Notes: generated by a model from the sequence alone, not told the origin. Shown: positions 13,190 through 25,317, counted from the whole stretch's first letter. The stretch is 62,830 nt of DNA, filler included, from Octopus bimaculoides (GCF_001194135.2; 6 parts of 5 records of this genome joined end to end with filler, not necessarily neighbours in it), one strand, 5' to 3'. A program made the numbers and translations.

Positions 13190-13737
13190 AAATAAATAAA
13201 TAAATAAATAAATAAATAAATATATNNNNNNNNNNNNNNNNNNNNNNNNNNNNNNNNNNNNNNNNNNNNNNNNNNNNNNNNNNNNNNNNNNNNNNNNNNN
13301 NNNNNNNNNNNNNNNNNNNNNNNNNNNNNNNNNNNNNNNNNNNNNNNNNNNNNNNNNNNNNNNNNNNNNNNNNNNNNNNNNNNNNNNNNNNNNNNNNNNN
13401 NNNNNNNNNNNNNNNNNNNNNNNNNNNNNNNNNNNNNNNNNNNNNNNNNNNNNNNNNNNNNNNNNNNNNNNNNNNNNNNNNNNNNNNNNNNNNNNNNNNN
13501 NNNNNNNNNNNNNNNNNNNNNNNNNNNNNNNNNNNNNNNNNNNNNNNNNNNNNNNNNNNNNNNNNNNNNNNNNNNNNNNNNNNNNNNNNNNNNNNNNNNN
13601 NNNNNNNNNNNNNNNNNNNNNNNNNNNNNNNNNNNNNNNNNNNNNNNNAAAGATTAAATGTGGTACTTAAAATGTTTGAGGCACCAGAATTTGGTAGGAT
13701 AAAAACCAAAAACAAAATCAAAAGATTTGGTGAATAA

Positions 13738-13861
13738 AATTTGAAGTTAAGCAACAAAAATTCAATAGGTTATAGCAGAGCGTGTATATGGAGGACAAGA
13801 GTGTCCTCCATATACACTCTCTGCTAAAACCTATTGAATTTTTGTTGCTTATCTTCAAATT
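13738..13861. repeat. 124-bp near-perfect palindrome (60-bp arms, 4-nt spacer, 3 mismatches)
   Basis: 13738-13797 pairs with 13802-13861, e.g. GTGTATATGGAGGACA-agag-TGTCCTCCATATACAC. Confidence 0.95.
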
Positions 13862-13911
13862 ATATATATATATATATATATATCTGTCTGTCTGTCTACC
13901 TATTTACATAC

Positions 13912-14062
13912 ACGATTTTCATCAACCAGATTCTTTCTCAAGGCATTGGTCGGTCTTAGGTTGTAGTAACAGATGTTTGCCGAATTGTTACACAGTGGGA
14001 CTGGATTCCAAATCAAGTGGCTGCAAAGCGAGTTTGTTAACTTCACAGTCATGCTTGCGGCT
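13912..14062 (-). mobile_element. SINE family A, degenerate 5' half
   Basis: Diverged match to the A head and body. Confidence 0.6.
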
Positions 14063-14299
14063 AGGATTATATTTTTCAATTTCTGAGGACATTTTCAAGG
14101 TTGTAGTGCCAATCAGTCATCCGATCGAACCAAAGAAGCTATATATTTTCCCATCGTTTTTTGAAACTGCTGACATTGAATACTGTCTGTCAGTCGTAAT
14201 TCCCGGCAGAAGTGTCACCGTCTTTCGGTGATGGGGCACGATTTGAACGCAGAATGCACAGACTTAGACATAGCTTCGTCTTGATCCACAGAACTCATA

Positions 14300-14539
14300 A
14301 TTCCGGTTTTTTATGGCATATAAGTGACTGAGAATACATTCTGCTCTGAACACAACACCGGTTCATTGAAGGGTTATCTTTCCAGCCATTGCTGCAACCT
14401 CTTTGCTGCTGAGTGGACGGAAGCAACGTGAAGTGCGGTGTTTTACACAATGCTCCGTTCAGTCTGGGAGTCGAAATCACAATCTCACGGTCGTGAGTAA
14501 AAAAAAACAAACCCTTAACCACTAGGCTACGGTCTTCAC
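14300..14539 (-). mobile_element. SINE family C
   Basis: GCTGAGTGGACGGAAGCAACGTGAA...GTCGAAATCACAATCTCACGGTC...CCCTTAACCACTAGGC is the reverse complement of the C head and core. Confidence 0.7.
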
Positions 14540-14788
14540 CAGGATGCGCAGAACCAGAACAGATATCATTAGACATATGACAATTCTGCCAATCCACTGT
14601 CCTGGTACTTTTGTAATCGACCCACAGAGGAAGAAAGGTAAAGTTGACCTTAGCAGAATTTGAACTAATGGTGCAGAGAGTCGGAACAAATGTTACGAAG
14701 CATTTTATGTAACGTTCTAAAGACTCAGCCAATTCGCCGCTTTACGTAAATGGTTAATTCATAATTCATATTAGCTATATATCCAAAG

Positions 14789-15045
14789 TGGAGGCGCATG
14801 GCTTAGTGGTTAGGGTATCATGATCGTAAGATTGTGGTTTCGATTCCTGGACCAGGCGACACGTTGTGTTCTTGAGCAAAACATTTTATTTCACGTTGCT
14901 CCAGTTCATTCAGCTGGCAAAAATGAGTAACGCTGCGATGGACTGGCGTCCCGTCCAGCTAGGGAGCACATACGCCATTGAAACCGGGAAACCGGGCCCA
15001 TGATCCTGGCTAGGCTTTAGAAGGGCTCATTTATTTTTTATTTTT
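14789..15045 (+). mobile_element. SINE family C, full length, with 13-bp TSD
   Basis: tRNA-like head TGGAGGCGCATGGCTTAGTGGTTAGG...GTTTCGATTCC; TATATATCCAAAG at 14776-14788 and 15046-15058. Confidence 0.9.
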
Positions 15046-15153
15046 TATATATCCAAAGCGAAATAATTGCAGCTGGGAAATGAAATTGAAACCATGTCCC
15101 CTGAGTTGGCAACTCACCAATTACTCTACATTATGAAACGCCTATTCTTTTAT

Positions 15154-15538
15154 CTTTTACTTATTTCAGTCATTGGACTGCGGCCGTGCTGGAACACCCT
15201 CTGAAAGGATTTTGTCGATCAAATTGACCCCAGTAGATATTTTTTTAAAGAGTGGTACTTATTCTATTGGCCACTTTGGCCGAACTGCAGAGTTACAGGG
15301 ATGTAAACAGACCAACACCGGTTGTCAAGCGGCAGTGGTGACAAATACAAACAAAAACTCACACGCACATACAATGGGTTTTCACCACAGTTTCCGTCTA
15401 CTAAATTCACTCACTAGGCATTAGATGTCTCGGTGCTATGATAGAAGAGATTTGTCTAAAGTACGTCATAGTGGAACTAAATCCGAAAGCACTTGCTTGT
15501 AAAGCGAAATTCTCAACCACACAGCCATACCTGTGCCT
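15154..15538 (-). mobile_element. SINE family A, full length, diverged
   Basis: Reverse-complement tail TTCAGTCATTGGACTG through head CCACACAGCCATACCTGTGCCT. Confidence 0.8.
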
Positions 15539-15566
15539 ATTCTGATGTTAATATTGTGTTCTCATA

Positions 15567-15776
15567 AAGGCGGGGAGCTTGCAGAATCGCTAGTAAGCTG
15601 AACAAACAGCTCAGCGGTATTTCGTCTGTCTTTATGTTCAAATTTCGCCGAGGGCGACTTTACCTATCATCCTTTCGGGATCAATAAGATAAGTGTCAGC
15701 TGGGGCACTGGGATCGATGTAATCAATTTAAACCCTTCTTTGGAATTGCTGGCTGTGTGCCAAAATTTGAAACCAA
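15567..15776 (+). mobile_element. SINE family B
   Basis: AAGGCGGGGAGCTTGCAGAATCGCTAG...TTCAAATTTCGCCGAGGGCGACTTTACCTATCATCC. Confidence 0.8.
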
Positions 15777-16025
15777 TACTGTGTTTTCATTGAGGGGGCT
15801 ATACTGAAAATTTATACCATAGCGAAATGAAGAGTTTCAACTATTTATCGAATGTATATGATGAACTTGACTCTGTATGAACTTGGCTCTGCCTGATCTA
15901 AAATACGAGTGAGAAGTCTAATGCGGGTCTTGTATGAGCATGTAAATGTTAAATAAAATGAGACAACAAATTCAAGGCTGTGTGGAGTTTTCAGGACATT
16001 TATATTACTTAAACACACACACACA

Positions 16026-16108
16026 AGCGTGGCTGTATGGCAAGCAGTTTGCTTCCTAACCACATGGCTCTGGGTTCAGTCCTTGGAACGGCCAAAGCTT
16101 TGGTTCAC
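16026..16108 (+). mobile_element. SINE family A head fragment
   Basis: GCGTGGCTGTATGGCAAGCAGTTTGCTTCCTAACCACATGG. Confidence 0.75.
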
Positions 16109-16146
16109 CCAGTATACATGTATATATATATATATATGTGTGTGTA

Positions 16147-16232
<86 letters not shown>

Positions 16233-16234
<2 letters not shown>

Positions 16235-16390
16235 GATGGGCTTCTTTTAGTTTCCGTCTACCAAATCTACTCAAAGCTTTGGTCGTCGCGTAGCTAGAGT
16301 TGAGGACACTTCCCCAAGGTGCCACGCAGTGGGACTAAACCCGGAACCATGTGGTTCGGAAGCAAACTTCTTGTCACATAGCCACGCCTG
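16233..16390 (-). mobile_element. SINE family A 5' half
   Basis: GGGCTTCTTTTAGTTTCCGTCTACC...GGAACCATGTGG...GCCACGCCTG. Confidence 0.85.
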
Positions 16391-16449
16391 TCTCTGTGTC
16401 TATGTATGTATGTGTGTGTGTTGTTTTTTGTGTGTGTATTTGTGTCTAA

Positions 16450-16700
16450 GTAATGAGCATCATTTCACGTTGTTCTAGTCTGCTCAGGTAAAAAGGAGTA
16501 ACAACCGGGCAACTGATGCAGCCCACCGTCCACCCCGCTGTCACAGCCACGATATCCCGTTGGATAAAAGTGGGACACGGGCCAAGAGAGTATCTGTGTT
16601 TGCTTACGACAAGATAAGATACATAAAACAATTAGCGATAGCGAAGTACAAGCTCACAGGTCATACCCGCTTACAAGTGACAGCTAAGCTTTTTATTGAT
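16450..16700 (+). mobile_element. Family C core with a distinct 3' tail
   Basis: CATTTCACGTTGTTCTAGTCTGCTCAG matches the C core; the downstream part does not resemble other C tails. Confidence 0.45.
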
Positions 16701-17209
16701 AGTGAAAAGTAAATTGTTAAAATGAACACTTAGTCATCTTATAAATTTTTCTTGTTATATTATATTAACTTTTCGAATAATAATATATTGTTACATTACC
16801 ACTTGTATAATTAAAATGATTTCTTTTTTGTGAGCAATCTTTTCAGAAAAGCCAAACAATTGATTAACTTACACGGCTTTCCCAGCCCTTTCCTCTACTA
16901 TCCACCGCTCTCTGTCACTGTTTCTTCTTTACAACTCTTTAGAATTCACACTTTACATATATTGAGAAAGTAAAACAACATATGAGGGAGAGAAGGAAGA
17001 GAAAGATTGTGGATGTGACAAAAGAATGGGTGAAAGAATGTGGAAAAGAAGGGAAGAGAAGGAAAAATAATATGTGAAGGTGGAGGTGTTTATGAGAGAG
17101 AAAAGCGCTCGCAGAAGAGAAATTAAATATGATGAAGTGTGTGGAAAAGAAATAAGAAGTGAAATTATAAAGAAATAAAATAACGTGTGTATGTGAGAGA
17201 GAGATAGAA

Positions 17210-17428
17210 AAGTCCTTTCTACTGTAAGTACAAGGCCTGAAATTTGGTGGGAGGGGACGAATTGATTATATCAACCCTAGTGTTTCACTGGTACTTAATT
17301 TATAGACCCCTGAAAGGATGAAAGGCAAAGTTGACTTCGGCGGAATTTGAACTTAGAATGTAGCGGCGGGCGAAATACCGCTAAGCATTTCGTCCACCGT
17401 GCTAACGATTCTGCCAGCTCGCCGCCTT
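17210..17428 (-). mobile_element. SINE family B, full length, with 12-bp TSD
   Basis: B consensus match; AGAGAGATAGAA at 17198-17209 and 17429-17440. Confidence 0.9.
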
Positions 17429-17704
17429 AGAGAGATAGAATAGTGTGCTGGCAGACGAAACTGCCTGTGTCAAGTATTCTTAGAACCTTAATAAAAAAAA
17501 ACTGTTATCAACGACTAACTGAGTAGAAACTATGGTCATTGTGGTGTACATAATTCCCGTTAGTTTTTAATTATTGAAATTTTATCCCTGAGGAAGGGGT
17601 TGGTTTCTAGCGAAGATACAAAACTTCAACGTTGGAATGTAGATAACGAAAACAATGTCCTATTTTAAACTTGAGAAAAGTCTTGCATATTTATAGTCTT
17701 CCGT

Positions 17705-18065
17705 TTACAAGTTGTAGTTGTAATGTTGTAATGTGCGAGTTGGTGGATTGATTTCTATTTCTGAAAACCCTAGCTTATCCCGACTGTCACTTAAGCATTT
17801 ATTCACAAACTTAAGTGCACCAATTATTATTGGTATAAATGTAAATTTGTTATCTGGATATAGAAATTGGAAGTTTCGAAGCAGTTGTCGATAGTCATCC
17901 ACTTTCTCTTTTATTTTCAAAGAGATATTCACATCAGCAGTTCAGCTAACATCTATGACGGTACGTACTTTTTCTTTTCTGTTCCAAACAACAATATCTG
18001 GACAGTTATGCCAGATTTGCCAGATGTTTTCGTGGCAATGTTCCACCAGTATTCCTTATGTTAAT
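17705..18065 (-). mobile_element. R4/Dong-like RLE LINE, 3' endonuclease fragment
   Basis: Translates (with frameshift/stop) HKEYWWNI..HNCPDIVVWNRKEKVRTVIDVS*TADVNISLKIKEKVDDY..FIPIIIGAL; homologous to 40000-40300. Confidence 0.75.
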
Positions 18066-18107
18066 ATTCGTGTCATACACGAATATTCAATATCAGAGGT
18101 ATTCACA

Positions 18108-18229
18108 ATGCTGTGGTCGGCCCGAGGCTATAGTAGAAGACACTTGCACAAGGTGCCAGGCAGTGGGACTGGACCCGGAACCTTGTGCTTGGGAAGCTAG
18201 CTTCTTTCCACACAGCCACGCCTGCACCT
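18108..18229 (-). mobile_element. SINE family A head
   Basis: GGTCGGCCCGAGGCTATAGTAGAAGACACTTGC...CCACACAGCCACGCCTGCACCT. Confidence 0.85.
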
Positions 18230-18624
18230 ATATAAATATATATATGCGTGTATGAACATATATATATNNNNNNNNNNNNNNNNNNNNNNNNNNNNNNNNN
18301 NNNNNNNNNNNNNNNNNNNNNNNNNNNNNNNNNNNNNNNNNNNNNNNNNNNNNNNNNNNNNNNNNNNNNNNNNNNNNNNNNNNNNNNNNNNNNNNNNNNN
18401 NNNNNNNNNNNNNNNNNNNNNNNNNNNNNNNNNNNNNNNNNNNNNNNNNNNNNNNNNNNNNNNNNNNNNNNNNNNNNNNNNNNNNNNNNNNNNNNNNNNN
18501 NNNNNNNNNNNNNNNNNNNNNNNNNNNNNNNNNNNNNNNNNNNNNNNNNNNNNNNNNNNNNNNNNNNNNNNNNNNNNNNNNNNNNNNNNNNNNNNNNNNN
18601 NNNNNNNNNNNNNNNNNNNNNNNN

Positions 18625-18657
<33 letters not shown>

Positions 18658-19394
18658 CATATATACATATATATATATATGTATATATGCATATACTTAT
18701 ATACGTACATACACATACACATATGCATGTATGTATGTGAGCGTATGAATATAAATAAGTATATATGTATTATAGATATATCGAGGCATATAAAAATATC
18801 TTTAAGATAGCGTCTTAGCGCTAGTATTGTATTGTATTAGGTTATGTTACATTAATATTATAAGAAAGTAAAATAAATAAGTTCCATATTGATACACTTA
18901 AGAAATGGAGATAATTCTTTGTTCTCCTCTTTCCATTCTATTCTTCTCTCATATGGAAGGAGTTAAATGTACTCTATTCAATATTAAACCGTCTCGTTTT
19001 AAACTAGATTTCCACGTGATTAAATTATGCCGGCAGTTCTATTAGCAGAGTCCAATAGAACGCTGCAATCATCACTTGCTAAAGATTTCAACCGGCAACT
19101 GTCAGAAGATGAATTCAATCCCCAAACAACGCCAAACTGCCAAGAACATACATACATATATATATATAGTTAGTTATATACATACATATATAAACATATG
19201 CATGCATACGTGCATACATCTATGAGCGTGCTTGTTTATGTGTGCGCGCACACACACGCACACGCACGCACACACACACACATACACATGCATACACATA
19301 CATATACATATACATATACATATGTGTGTGCGTTGCAAAAACCTACATGTACCTATATACCTACACCATTCCTCTATATATGGGTGTATATGTA

Positions 19395-19429
<35 letters not shown>

Positions 19430-19587
19430 GTCTATATATATGTGTGTGTGTTTGTGTATGTATATATATATATGTGTGTGTGCGCGCGTTCCGTGAGTGT
19501 ACATACGTACATATACATACATACGTTCATATATACATACATAAATACATAAATACTTACATACTGACATACATACGTACATACTTA

Positions 19588-19640
<53 letters not shown>

Positions 19641-20068
19641 NNNNNNNNNNNNNNNNNNNNNNNNNNNNNNNNNNNNNNNNNNNNNNNNNNNNNNNNNNNN
19701 NNNNNNNNNNNNNNNNNNNNNNNNNNNNNNNNNNNNNNNNNNNNNNNNNNNNNNNNNNNNNNNNNNNNNNNNNNNNNNNNNNNNNNNNNNNNNNNNNNNN
19801 NNNNNNNNNNNNNNNNNNNNNNNNNNNNNNNNNNNNNNNNNNNNNNNNNNNNNNNNNNNNNNNNNNNNNNNNNNNNNNNNNNNNNNNNNNNNNNNNNNNN
19901 NNNNNNNNNNNNNNNNNNNNNNNNNNNNNNNNNNNNNNNNNNNNNNNNNNNNNNNNNNNNNNNNNNNNNNNNNNNNNNNNNNNNNNNNNNNNNNNNNNNN
20001 NNNNNNNNNNNNNNNNNNNNNNNNNNNNNNNNNNNNNNNNNNNNNNNNNNNNNNNNNNNNNNNNNACA

Positions 20069-20102
<34 letters not shown>

Positions 20103-20186
20103 CACATAAATACAGATAAATAGATAGATATGAACTCATGCAAATATACATTAATTTAGTATTTCATTTTTTATATACTTTTAAAA

Positions 20187-20253
<67 letters not shown>

Positions 20254-20314
20254 ATATATATATATATATATATAGATATACAAATACACACACGCGGGCA
20301 GACATACACGACAC

Positions 20315-20366
<52 letters not shown>

Positions 20367-20852
20367 TATACACATACACAAATATACAGATAATTATATA
20401 TATATATATAGTGACAGTGAAACCAGAGTTGCACCAGAGATGGCGAAACTATTGAAATGCAGAAGATAAGTCATTTCTAAAGGTGAAGTGAGTGTAAGTG
20501 TGGCGTATTAGCAAAAAGAATGGAACGGAGTAAATGATGGAGATAAAAACGTATTGAATAGTAAAGAATAGAAGAATAGACTAAGGTTATTATAGATAAA
20601 TAATAGAAGGGGATGAAATATAATGAGATGGAGACGAATGTAGGAAATAGGTTGGATTAGAAAGCGTATGAGAGAGTGTGTTGTTTTTATGTTTGTATGT
20701 GTGAATGAGAGTGAAGAGGATATTTGAAAGGCCTGTGATATCAAGATATTTTGACGGTTGGAAGAATAAACAAACTAAAATATGATATTATACAGTTAAG
20801 TTCTTGAATATTTATTCTTTCAGAAAATTTCTTTGGTAACGGATATTGTTTT

Positions 20853-21050
20853 GAGGCGGCGAGATGGGAGAATGGATAGCACGCCAAACAAAATGCATAG
20901 CGATATTTCTTCCGGATTTTTACGTTCTGCGTTCAAATCCTGCTTTTCCTCCCTTCGGTGTCAATAAAATAAAATACCAGTCAAGTAAACTGAGGTCGAT
21001 GTTACCGATTTACTCTCATTCGCCCCTCAAAATTACTGGTCTTGAAGTTC
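20853..21050 (+). mobile_element. SINE family B, degenerate
   Basis: GAGGCGGCGAGATGGGAGAAT...TTTTACGTTCTGCGTTCAAATCC. Confidence 0.65.
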
Positions 21051-21774
21051 GCAACTGACCGGCCTCCCCTTCTAGAAGATTGTCGTGATTTCAGTCCCTT
21101 ATACGCAATGGACGGGGCACGGGTAACTGGCTTCAAGAGTCCTAGGATACGGGGAAAAAAATGATATGGTGGTGTTATATCTCCACCGTTTCACGATGTG
21201 GCTTCAGTAAGGCGAGAAATGGAGTTATCTGCTCCTGAGTCTACAATCAAGAAGCCGATCATTCAATAGGTACGTGTGCCCTTAAAAATAATTCTTAGGT
21301 TGAATCAGTGTGGCGCATTTTGTGTGACAAAGTTGTTTCGTTTTGAATTACATATAAATTTCACCAGACGGACTTCTTAGAACAAGCAAGATTTCCGTCC
21401 TTGCTTCGTGTGGAGCTAAACGCGTGTGCAAACGATGTAAATGGAAATGTCCCCCCCACAAAAAAAAGAAGAAAAACTAGGAGATAAATGGAACTTGCTT
21501 CAACTGTTAGGGATTTACTGGTTCTTCTCAGATTACAATGATGCTCTGTAGTAAGATAAACCATCCTACCCGTGCAAGAATATTTATTGTATCTATTATC
21601 ATTTATCATTTCTTGTTTCAGTTACTGGACTCCGGCCATGCTGGTGCTCTACTTCACAGAGTTTAGTCAAGCAAATCAACCCTAGTACTTATTTTTAAGT
21701 CTGTTATTTATTCTATCGGTTCACTTTTGCCGAACCGCCAATTGCAGGGATAAAAAAAGAAAAACGTAAAGTAA

Positions 21775-21985
21775 CCTTCTCGAGTAATGCCGACTCATTA
21801 GGGTGGTTTCCCGGTTTCACGGGGTCCATCGCAGGGTTACTCATTTTTGCCAGCTGAATGGATAGGAGCAACGTGAAATGAAATGTCTTTCTCAAGACAA
21901 CAGCGCATCGCCGGGTCCAGGGATCGAAACTGCACTCTTACGATGACGAGTTCAATAACCTAACCACTTAGCCACGCGCCTCCAC
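21775..21985 (-). mobile_element. SINE family C
   Basis: TTACTCATTTTTGCCAGCTGAATGG...GGATCGAAAC...CCTAACCACTTAGCCACGCGCCTCCAC; the tail is homologous to 14930-15030. Confidence 0.85.
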
Positions 21986-22305
21986 TTAATTTGCAGGGAA
22001 GTAAATAAACCAACAACGGTTATCACGCTATGACAGAGAACAAGCTCAAACACGATGATACACACAGACACTCACAGGCACAAGACAGGCTTCCGCACAG
22101 TTTCTGTCTTCCGAATTCACACAGAAGGAAAAACTAATTCAAGGTGCCGCGCAATGGGACTCAACTCGAAACCATACGGTTGCAAAATGAGTTTCTTTAC
22201 CACACGGCCACGCCTAAGATCTCTAAGAATGAAATTTGTAATTTGGTGATAATCTGTTAATGATTAAAACTGAATATTTAACATGCAAAGCAACTACAAA
22301 TATCC

Positions 22306-22732
22306 TTTTCTACTCTAGGCACAAGGCCAGAAATTTTAGGGGAGGGGGCCAGTCGATTAGATCGACCTCAGTACGCAACAGGTACTTAATTTATCAACTC
22401 CAAAAGGTTGAAAGGCAAACCTCGGCGGAATTTGAACTCAGATCATAAAGACAGACGAAATATTGCTAAGCATTTCGCCCGGCGTGCTAACATTTCTTAT
22501 TTCTTTATTACCTACAAGGGGCTAAACACAGAGGAGACAAACAAGGACAGACAAAGGGATTAAGTCGATTACATCGACCCCAGTGCATAACTGGTACTTA
22601 ATTTATCGACTCCCGATAGGATGAAAGGCAAAGGCGACCTCGGCGAAATTTGAACTCAGAACATAACGGCAGACGAAATGTTGCTAAGCATTTAGCCCGG
22701 CGTGCTAACGTTTCTGCCAACTCACCGCCTTA
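22306..22732 (-). mobile_element. Two tandem SINE family B copies (22306-22491, 22492-22732)
   Basis: Two consecutive B bodies with different 3' ends. Confidence 0.9.
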
Positions 22733-22812
22733 AAGCAACAACAAATATTAGGAAAAGTTGTGTTTTTTAGGTTATATGTTGGGCTTTTTATTCTGGAATG
22801 TGTATCTTTGAT

Positions 22813-23204
22813 CTTTTACTTGTTTCAGTTATTATACTGGGGCATTACCTTGAAGAATTTTAGTCGAACAAATGGACTCCAGCGCATTTTATTTTTTTTT
22901 AAGCCTGGGACTTATTCTGTTCTTCTTTTGCCGAACTGCTAAGTTACGGAGACGGAAACACACCAGCACTGGTTTTCAAGCGCTTGCGGGGGACAAACAC
23001 AGACACAAAGACACACACACATGCACGCACACACGCGCGCGCGCGACGGACTTCTTTCAGTTTCTGCCTACCAAATCCAGTCACATATCATTAGTCGTCC
23101 CGAGGTTAGAGTAGAAAACACTTGCTCAAGTTCCACGCAGTGAAACTGAACTCGGAACCATGTTGTTGGGAAGCAATCTTCTTATCATACAGCCACGACT
23201 GCAC
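22813..23204 (-). mobile_element. SINE family A, full length
   Basis: Tail TTACTTGTTTCAGT, internal (CA)n, head GGAACCATG...ACAGCCACG. Confidence 0.85.
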
Positions 23205-23535
23205 TTGAGTATATCGAAAATTTATTAAATATATTGTTTATACGGACTTCTGAACTATTTTCATCTATCCTGTTTCGTTCATATGGTATGGGTCAACTCG
23301 AGCGGAATTGAACATGTAACCTCATAGTTGCAATCTTAACCTTTCGACCATTCCGACCCTACAACAGACAGATATAAAAGTAAACTAAAGCGAAATTTCA
23401 GAAGTGTAACATCAGCAATTTTAGTGCGGAATCTAGAGAAAGAAAAAAAGTAATAAAAACCATTTATCATTATATCAATGTCATTATATCAATCTGATGA
23501 ATATGGATCAGTAACTTTCAATGACACGCCTTTGG

Positions 23536-23730
23536 CACTGATCTCAGCCAATCAGTGATTGGCAGTTCACTACATAATTTGATGTCTCTCTCTTCAAAGA
23601 TTCTCTTCAGAAACTTCATGTATGATTGTCGTTATCTTGGCTCTCACACAAAAATTAAATTTTAATGGTCACATGACCTCGTTCACGCGAACCTAGCAGA
23701 CACTTGTTGCCAGTGTCGCGTGAATATATA
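23536..23730. promoter_or_regulatory. Candidate promoter/enhancer motif cluster
   Basis: Back-to-back CCAAT boxes GCCAATCA-G-TGATTGGC (23547-23563), E-box-like GGTCACATGACC (23667-23678), inverted TTCACGCGA/TCGCGTGAA (23682-23690, 23716-23724), in apparently unique sequence. Confidence 0.35.
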
Positions 23731-24053
23731 GTTCTTGGCTACTTCCAGCTTTTCTTTTTTCTTTTGATCAAATCGTTTTTACAGACACACTGCTGTTAGT
23801 CTATATAGTCCGTCATAAAAGGCTACATTTGAATTCACACATTTAAAATGGAGTCCGTCGCAATGATGACACATTTCGTATCGGTCGGTCTAACGGTAAA
23901 AGACATTCGCACACAATCTCACACTCTTTCTATCTCTTTGATACTCTCTCATCTCACAAGTTTTAAGCTCGACTCAACTATTGCTAGAAATATGGAGTAT
24001 TTCACATGGATGTTCTCGTGAACAATTTTGTGAATATCAACTACACATTAAAA

Positions 24054-24440
24054 TGGTTGAGTGGTAAGAAGTTTACTTCCCAACTACACAGTTTCGAGAT
24101 CGGTCAACTACGCAGCGCCTTGAACAAATGTCTTCTATTATAGCTTCGGGTCAACCAAAACTTTGTGAGTAGATTTGATAGACGAAAACTGTGCAGAAGC
24201 CCGTCATGTGTGTGTGTGTGTGTGTTTATGTGTATTTGTGTTTATCCTCCAATATCGCTTACCAACCCGTGTTAAATTATTTCTGTATTCGTAGTTTTAG
24301 TGGTTCGGCCAGGCAAAAAAGAATATGTACCAGATTTTAAAAATATATAAATATCGAGGTCGATTGGCCGACGAAACCATTCAAGGAGTTGCTCCAGCGT
24401 AGCCGCAGTCCAACGACCGGAACAAGTAAAAGATAAAAGG
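24054..24440 (+). mobile_element. SINE family A, full length, diverged
   Basis: GTGGTAAGAAGTTTACTTCCCAAC...GTCTTCTATTATAGC...AACAAGTAAAAG. Confidence 0.8.
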
Positions 24441-25317
24441 TAAAAGAGANNNNNNNNNNNNNNNNNNNNNNNNNNNNNNNNNNNNNNNNNNNNNNNNNNN
24501 NNNNNNNNNNNNNNNNNNNNNNNNNNNNNNNNNNNNNNNNNNNNNNNNNNNNNNNNNNNNNNNNNNNNNNNNNNNNNNNNNNNNNNNNNNNNNNNNNNNN
24601 NNNNNNNNNNNNNNNNNNNNNNNNNNNNNNNNNNNNNNNNNNNNNNNNNNNNNNNNNNNNNNNNNNNNNNNNNNNNNNNNNNNNNNNNNNNNNNNNNNNN
24701 NNNNNNNNNNNNNNNNNNNNNNNNNNNNNNNNNNNNNNNNNNNNNNNNNNNNNNNNNNNNNNNNNNNNNNNNNNNNNNNNNNNNNNNNNNNNNNNNNNNN
24801 NNNNNNNNNNNNNNNNNNNNNNNNNNNNNNNNNNNNNNNNNNNNNNNNNNNNNNNNNNNNNNNNNNNNNNNNNNNNNNNNNNNNNNNNNNNNNNNNNNNN
24901 NNNNNNNNNNNNNNNNNNNNNNNNNNNNNNNNNNNNNNNNNNNNNNNNNNNNNNNNNNNNNNNNNNNNNNNNNNNNNNNNNNNNNNNNNNNNNNNNNNNN
25001 NNNNNNNNNNNNNNNNNNNNNNNNNNNNNNNNNNNNNNNNNNNNNNNNNNNNNNNNNNNNNNNNNNNNNNNNNNNNNNNNNNNNNNNNNNNNNNNNNNNN
25101 NNNNNNNNNNNNNNNNNNNNNNNNNNNNNNNNNNNNNNNNNNNNNNNNNNNNNNNNNNNNNNNNNNNNNNNNNNNNNNNNNNNNNNNNNNNNNNNNNNNN
25201 NNNNNNNNNNNNNNNNNNNNNNNNNNNNNNNNNNNNNNNNNNNNNNNNNNNNNNNNNNNNNNNNNNNNNNNNNNNNNNNNNNNNNNNNNNNNNNNNNNNN
25301 NNNNNNNNNNNNNNNNA

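Noticed and set aside
17585-17620. CTGAGGA...CGAAG hammerhead-like string
   Set aside because: It lacks GAAA and closing stems.
19028-19170. 46-aa open frame MPAVLLAESNRTLQSSLAKDFNRQLSEDEFNPQ...
   Set aside because: No splice signals or homology recognised, and it ends in a microsatellite.
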